A DNA stretch of 64,000 nt from Mobula hypostoma (lineage: Eukaryota), in NCBI RefSeq assembly GCF_963921235.1, contig NC_086097.1:151654001-151718000 (forward strand), given 5' to 3'. A program made the position numbers and the translations under genes. This document shows, piece by piece, positions 61,543 to 64,000 of this stretch (position 1 is the first letter of the stretch; every line of letters starts with the position of its first letter). A model generated the notes under the pieces. It was given only the letters and a program-made list of their open reading frames with translations. It was not told the origin of the DNA and did not search any database.

Positions 61543-62495
61543 CACTTAATGGCTACTTTATTAGGTACGCCTGTACTCCTGCTCATTAATGTAAATATCT
61601 AATCAACCAATCATGTGGTAGCAACTTAATCCATAAAAGCATGCCGAAATGGTCAGAAAGTTCAGTTGTTGTTCAGACCAAACATCAGAATGGGGAAGAA
61701 ATGTGATCTATTTTATTTTGACTGTGAATTGATTATTAGACGGGGTGGGTTGAGTATTTTAGAATCAGAATCAGAATCAGAATCCAGGATCGGAATCAGA
61801 ATCAGGTTTATTATCACCGGCATGTGATGTGAAATTTGTTAACTTAGCAGCCGCAGTTCAATGCAATACATAATTTAGCAGAGAAAAAAATAATAAATAA
61901 AATAAAAATAATAATAAGTAAGCAAGTAAATCAATTACTTATATTGAATAGATTAAAAAAAAACAAAAATACTGTATATTTTTAAAAAAGTGAGGTAGTG
62001 TCCAAAGATTCAATGTCCATTTAGGAATTGGATGGTAGAGGGGAAGAAGCTGTTCCTGAATCGCTAGTGTGTGCCTTCAGGCTTCTGTATCTCCTATCTG
62101 ATGGTAACAGTGAGAAAAGGGCATGCCCTGGGTGCTGGAGGTCCTTAATAATGGACGCTGCCTTTCTGAGACACCACTCCCCAAAGATGTCCTGAACTGC
62201 TGATCTCCTGCCATTTTCACGCACAACAGTTTCTAGAGTTTACAGAGAACGGTCTGAAAAACACTAAAGACATCTAATCAGCAGCTGTTCTACGGGCAAA
62301 AATGTCTTGTTAATGAGAGAGGTCAGAGAAGAATTGTTCAAGTTGATAGGAAGGTGATAGTAACTTAAATAACCATGTGTTATAAAAGTGATGTGCAGAA
62401 GAACACAACAACAGGTTGACCTTGAAGTTGATGAGCTACAGCAGCAGAAGACCATACTGGGTTCCACGTGTAACTAATAAAGTGTTCATTGGCTG
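61543..62495 (+). mobile_element. Tc1-like (TC1DR3-type) non-autonomous deletion derivative
   Basis: TA flanks. TIRs cacttaatggctactttattaggtac / gtaactaataaagtgttcattggctg. Remnant MGKKCDL...TADLL.FSRTTVSRVYRE. Confidence 0.85.
61761..62195 (-). mobile_element. Rex1/Babar 3' end nested in the Tc1-like element
   Basis: ORF 62021-62224 CLRKAASIIKDLQHPGHALFSLLPSDRRYRSLK and an (agaatc)n tail. Confidence 0.92.
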
Positions 62496-63054
62496 TATAT
62501 ACTTTAAAATGATCACTAAAAGGATATTTAACAGAAACAACTGTTACAATATGGAATTCTCAAGTCAAAGGTGGAGGTGGATAATTAATTACCTTTAAAA
62601 GAGATGTGTAAGTATAGTAAAAAATTTCTAATGGATTCAACGGTAATCACTCACCTTTACTTAGGTTTCTTGAGGGCAAGAAGATATATAATGTGTAATA
62701 AAGTTCAAAATTTCTCTGGTCTGGGTGCTCTTTCATGTTTATTTCACAATGGAAGGGTTAAGGCAGCATCTGGCCGCTGCATATCTGAGACAAAGACGGT
62801 TTTGTACTTGCATGTCATGAGATCCATTTCTTGTTATTTCTTCACCTCAATCTAGAGCTGACAAGATATTGCTGACTATCCCTTTGAGCTCAGTTCCTTG
62901 GATGGATGCATTATGGTTTTGCTTTTACATTGTAAAATATTTCACAATGTTTATTGTAGTAATAATATCTCTGGCCATCTTCACAATTCACAAGACAAAA
63001 AAGGACAGGCGACCAAGAAGCTTCTCATTTAAGTGCACATGCTCTGAAATGAAA

Positions 63055-63706
63055 AGCAACACACAAAATGATGGAGGAACTCAAAAGGTCAGGCAGCATC
63101 TATGGAAATGAATAAACAGTCGATATTTCGGGCGAGACCCTTCTTCAGGACTGAAAAAGAAGGGGGAAGATGCCAGAATAAAAAGGTGGGTGAGGAGTAT
63201 GAGGATAACTAGAAGCCAGGTGAGTAGGTGAGAGGGAAGGAGGAAGGGACTCAAGGGGATGTAATAGGCAGGTGAAATGAGGTAAGAGTTTAGAATTGGG
63301 AATACAAGTAGAGGGAATGGGGAGGGTTTTTTTTATATATCAGAAGGAATTATCGATATTCATGCCATCAGATTAGAGGCTACCCTGAAGGACGATAAGA
63401 TGTTGCTCTGCCCTGAGGGTGGCCTCATTGTGGTATAAGAGGAGGCTGTGGACCGACATGTCAGAATGGGAGTGAGAATTAAAATGTTTGGCCACTGGGA
63501 AGTTCTGCTCTTGGCTGATGGAGTGAAGTTGCTCGCTCAAGTGGTCCTCTAATTTACGATGGGTCTCAGCAACCTCAAGGAGGCTGCATTAGGAGCATTG
63601 GGCGCTATAGACGACCCCCGCAGATTCGTAGGTGAGGTGTTGCCTCACCTGGAAGGACTGTTTGGGGCCTGAATGGAGTTGAGGTAGGAGATGAATGAAC
63701 AGGTGA
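63055..63706 (-). mobile_element. Penelope-like element (Neptune-type): GIY-YIG endonuclease remnant plus 3' terminal repeat
   Basis: Minus translation FQVRQHLTYESAGVVYSAQCS*CSLLEVAETHRKL...FPVAKHFNSHSHSDMSVH...GMNID ends at 63340. A related upstream piece (FHRDRS) lies at about 63890-64000. Confidence 0.85.
63117..63153 (-). ncRNA. Type I hammerhead ribozyme (minimal, PLE-associated)
   Basis: CAGUC-CUGAAGA-A-GGG(UCUCG)CCC-GAAA-U-AUC-GACUG: stem I CAGUC/GACUG, catalytic core intact, cleavage triplet AUC. Confidence 0.8.
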
Positions 63707-64000
63707 CTTCCTCTTGCTTTTGTAATTTTGTAGGAAATTGAGAAGCCCCTGAATTTTGCACAGCAGGTTTTAGGAGCTTTGGTTCAGGACTACTGATGTG
63801 TTTTAAAAGCTTCAAAAGGCTCTTATAATTACCCAGAAATGATGAACTCCTTTGTTTAACTAGTCTTTCTATTAAATGAGGGCTAAGTGCTGTGAGGAAG
63901 ATTAGTAGAGAGAGATGAACGGTCAGAGGAATCGCAGAAGGAGCGATCCCTGTGGAAAGTCGGGGAGTGAGATAAAGATATATCTGATGTTAGCAACCCC

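Noticed and set aside
63706..64000. One continuous Penelope element running off the window end
   Set aside because: Unrelated sequence intervenes and the distal piece looks more diverged, so it may be a separate copy.

Overview
This is eukaryotic vertebrate genomic DNA, most likely from a cartilaginous fish (shark or ray). That is an inference from the repeat content: several CR1 subfamilies with (TTCTATG)n-type tails, Rex1/Babar LINEs, HE1/V-SINE-like and Deu-type SINEs. I found no convincing host protein-coding exon, so the window reads as a large intron or gene desert mostly filled by nested transposable elements. Every long ORF in the track is a TE fragment. Elements present: CR1, Rex1/Babar, a second CR1/L2-group LINE, an L1 with both ends and a TSD, an R4/Dong-type RLE LINE, two Gypsy lineages (chromovirus and Mag-like), two Tc1 families, a Tigger, a hAT MITE, four SINE types and two Penelope-like (PLE) lineages. 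The most interesting signals are: (1) an intact type I hammerhead ribozyme at 63117-63153 (-), downstream of a PLE GIY-YIG ORF, plus dispersed decayed and fold-back copies; (2) the decayed 5' end of a probable endogenous retrovirus (LTR end CA+TT, tRNA-Pro PBS, splice donor, gag-like region with LYPxL) at about 28520-29780 (-); (3) an unexplained 88-nt pre-miRNA-like hairpin at 58701-58788; (4) a TSD-flanked tRNA SINE with a BovB/RTE-type tail; (5) TE-free, motif-rich islands that may be conserved enhancers. Family names come from my recognition of motifs, not from database searches. Boundaries of old copies are approximate.
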